Assembly (NCBI GenBank): GCA_947594595.1
Contig: CANQEE010000003.1
Coordinates: forward strand, 1 to 42,124
Length of the DNA: 42,124 nucleotides
From: an uncultured Bacilli bacterium
GTDB lineage: Bacteria > Bacillota_I > Bacilli_A > RF39 > UBA660
Direction: 5' to 3'
Part shown: positions 39,496 through 42,124 of the stretch, piece by piece
How positions within the stretch are numbered: position 1 is the first letter of the stretch
How the letters are laid out: the number at the start of each line of letters is the position of its first letter
Notes under the pieces: model-generated
The model's database searches: none
The model's input: only the letters and a program-made list of their open reading frames with translations
Told to the model about the DNA's origin: nothing
Made by a program: the position numbers and the translations under genes

Positions 39496-40551
39496 TTATT
39501 CTCCTTTTAATTTACGATTTTGATCTTCTGTTATGAGTGCTTCGATCAGTTCTTCTAATTGTCCATTCATGATTCGATCAAGAGTATTGGTGGTAAATCC
39601 AATTCTATGGTCTGTAACACGATTCTGTGGATAATTATAAGTTCTTATTTTTTCTGCTCGATCTCCTGTTCCAATTTTACTTCGTCTTTCTATTCCAAGC
39701 TCTTGATCTTGTTTTTGTTGTTCTTGTTCATAAAGACGAGCGCGTAAAACTTTCATTGCTTGTTCTTTATTTTGAATTTGACTTCTTTCATTTTGACAAG
39801 TAACTACAATTCCTGATGGAAGATGGGTAATTCGAACCGCACTGTCTGTTGTATTGACTCCTTGTCCACCACATCCACTACTACGATAAATATCAATACG
39901 CAAATCTTGTGGTTTAATCTCGATATTAACATCTTCTGCTTCTGGCATTACAAGAACTGTAGCAGTAGAAGTTTGAATTCTACCATTACTTTCTGTGACA
40001 GGAATTCGTTGTACTCTATGAGAGCCACTTTCATATTTTAATTTAGAATAAACATTATCTCCTTTGACCATAAATTCAACTTGAGAAAATCCTCCAGCTG
40101 TTCCTTCTATAGCATCTATTACTTCAATTCGAAATCCTTCTCTTTCTGCATATTTTGAATACATTCTAAATAAATCCCCTGCAAAGATATTAGCCTCATC
40201 TCCCCCTGCAGCGCCTCGAATTTCAACAATTACATTCTTTCCATCATTGGGATCTTTTGGAATCAATAAAATTTCTAATTTTCCTTCTAAAGTTTCTTTT
40301 TCTTCTTCTAAACGAATCAGTTCTTCTTTTGCAATTTCTCCAAGTTCTCTATCTTTTAACATTTCTTTATCTTCTTTTATGGAAGAGAGAACTTGTTTAT
40401 AATGACGATAGACTTGAACTACTTCTTCCAAATCACTCAACTCTTTGGATAATTCTCTCATTCGATTCATATCTTTTAAAACTTCTTCACTAGATAAAGT
40501 TTCTTGTAAAGAAATGTATTTTTCCTCCATTGCATCCAAACGTTCAATCAT
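39496..40551 (-). CDS. prfA: Peptide chain release factor 1
   Basis: [14 protein letters not shown] specificity motif, GGQ, RTYNYPQ. Confidence 0.97.
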   Translation of the reverse strand: MIERLDAMEEKYISLQETLSSEEVLKDMNRMRELSKELSDLEEVVQVYRHYKQVLSSIKEDKEMLKDRELGEIAKEELIRLEEEKETLEGKLEILLIPKDPNDGKNVIVEIRGAAGGDEANIFAGDLFRMYSKYAEREGFRIEVIDAIEGTAGGFSQVEFMVKGDNVYSKLKYESGSHRVQRIPVTESNGRIQTSTATVLVMPEAEDVNIEIKPQDLRIDIYRSSGCGGQGVNTTDSAVRITHLPSGIVVTCQNERSQIQNKEQAMKVLRARLYEQEQQKQDQELGIERRSKIGTGDRAEKIRTYNYPQNRVTDHRIGFTTNTLDRIMNGQLEELIEALITEDQNRKLKGE

Positions 40552-40635
40552 GTTTTTTCACCCTTTCACATGTCTTCTTTATTATACACAATATTTTAGA
40601 AAAGAAAAAGCCTGTTTATGATAAGGCTTAATATA

Positions 40636-41760
40636 CTAAGATTGAGGAATTTGGAGAACTTCTCCAATTTGAAGAAGACTGCTGGTTAAATTGTTAATTT
40701 CTTGTATAGCTGCGACACTTACTCCAAAATCTCTTGCAATACTCCATAAGCTATCTCCACTTTTTACTGTATAGAAAAGAGGAGAAGGACTTTCTTGATT
40801 AGTTGGAATTTTTAGAATTTGACCAATTTGTAATAAATTATTTACTAAATTATTCGCTTGTTTTAATGTATCAACACTGATTCCAAACTTTCTTGCAATA
40901 CTCCACAAACTATCTCCACTTTGTACAGTATAAGTTGTTTCTGGAGAAACTTCTGGAGAAACAGATATTCTAGGAACTTTCAAGACTTGACCAATTTGAA
41001 GAACATCGCTATTTAAATTATTAAGACGGCGCAGTTCATTGACTGTTGTTTCAAATTGACGTGCGATGGTCCATAGACTGTCTCCTCTTTGGACAATATA
41101 TTCTTCAAGTTCTATCTCTGATTCTATTGTTCTTGGAATTCTTAGGACTTGACCAATTTGAAGAAGATCAGTGGATAAGTTATTTGCACTTCTTAATTCT
41201 TGAACGGATATCCCAAAATCTCTTGCGATACTCCATAGACTGTCTCCACTTTTTACAATATAGGTTTGTTCATTCATAGAAGGAGGGAGTACTTCTTCTT
41301 TTGGAATTTTTAAAACTTGGCCGATTCGAAGAGTATCTGATGATAAATTGTTTGCCTCCCTTAATTCTTGGACCGAAACATCAAATCTTTGGGCTATACT
41401 CCATAGACTATCTCCTTTTTGAACTGTATAAAAATCTTCATTGCTATCTTCTGGAGGACGATAAGTATATCCTCCATATGTAGTGACCTCTCTTACAACA
41501 GCTTCCACATATTTTAAAAGATCATTTTGAAGTTTTTCTTGATCATTTGGATTGTCAATAAAGCCATACTCTAAAAGAAGAGACTGTGCAGGATCTGTAT
41601 CCCGAATAATAAAATAATAATCTTGCATTGGATTTTCTGGTAGACGTCTCTGATAATATTTTCGAGTGATTTGTCCTTCGCTTCCAATTGCCTCTAAAAT
41701 ATTTCTAGCAAGTGTATCGTTATTTCTTAGTGCATAGACAACCTCAGCACCTTCACCACC
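40636..41760 (-). pseudogene. 3' part of an interrupted N-acetylmuramoyl-L-alanine amidase (Amidase_3) plus 5 LysM gene
   Basis: The frame stays open upstream of ATG 41628 as GGEGAEVVYALRNNDTLARNILEAIG..RKYYQRR, then hits TGA at 41770-41772. It keeps LLEYGFIDN but lacks the N-terminal zinc ligands. Five Y.V..GDSLW.IA..F LysM units follow. Confidence 0.85.
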
Positions 41761-42124
41761 TGGGGATAGTCAATGTGTAACTAACCTATTATTTTATTAT
41801 CTTTTAAAAATTTCTATATTATTATTTTTTATTTTTCATTAAATTTTCTATAACATATTCATGAAGTTTTGGCATTGTTACCAATAAATAATCATAACGT
41901 TCCAAGTACATAAAAATTTCAGAAGAATCACCTCTACTATAATAACCAGAACTAACTTTTTTGCTTTCTTCTATAGTACCTTTAAAAAACTTAACAAAAT
42001 TTGGATTACATTTATCAATTCTTTTTAAATATTCTTTAGCTTTTTTGTCATTTCCATTTTTATAGTATATAGCAAATAAAGGAAATAACATTTCTAAATC
42101 TTCTTCTGGATATTTTTTATATAA
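41761..42124. mobile_element. End of a putative inserted element interrupting the amidase gene
   Basis: Abrupt junction ...TTACACATTGACTATCCCCA|GGTGGTGAAGGT on the minus strand, followed by an unrelated gene. No recombinase in the window. Confidence 0.55.
41822..42124 (-). CDS. C-terminus of a helical (TPR-like) hypothetical protein running off the window
   Basis: The frame is open to the window edge: ..YKKYPEEDLEMLFPLFAIYYKNGNDKKAKEYLKRI.. Confidence 0.65.
   Translation of the reverse strand, partial: LYKKYPEEDLEMLFPLFAIYYKNGNDKKAKEYLKRIDKCNPNFVKFFKGTIEESKKVSSGYYSRGDSSEIFMYLERYDYLLVTMPKLHEYVIENLMKNKK

Noticed and set aside
41762-41799. Tn3-family terminal inverted repeat (starts GGGG)
   Set aside because: The rest does not fit the 38-bp pattern ending TAAG. 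Another transposon type cannot be excluded without the far end.
41761-41820. Group II intron 3' end (CTATCCC resembles domain VI)
   Set aside because: No domain V (GAGCCG..CGGTTC) upstream, and an ordinary gene ends 60 bp away.

Overview
AT-rich chromosomal window, almost entirely minus-strand, from a walled, probably spore-forming and genome-reduced member of the Bacilli (RF39-like; this taxonomy is inference). The backbone is a condensed Bacillus-type gene order: prfA-prmC-[MTase]-spoIIR-patatin-mntP ... fba-murA-SGNH-rpmE ... rpiB-DUF1146-spoIIQ-mbl-secG-rnr-capA-smpB ... ftsE-ftsX-M23 hydrolase ... uvrB. Accessory DNA fills 3.1-19.8 kb. It holds (i) a protein with ten 21-aa LRR-like repeats plus an upstream paralog remnant, (ii) an 8-gene SPFH/zinc-ribbon membrane operon (YdjI/YdjG-like, Yip1, WG-repeat, lipoprotein, VWA-protease-like) with a divergent XRE regulator, and (iii) a membrane-anchored protein made of five dockerins. 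At the right end an amidase-5xLysM gene breaks off inside its catalytic domain at 41760/41761 and is joined to foreign DNA, a candidate excisable skin-like element. No rRNA, tRNA, CRISPR array or recombinase gene was seen.
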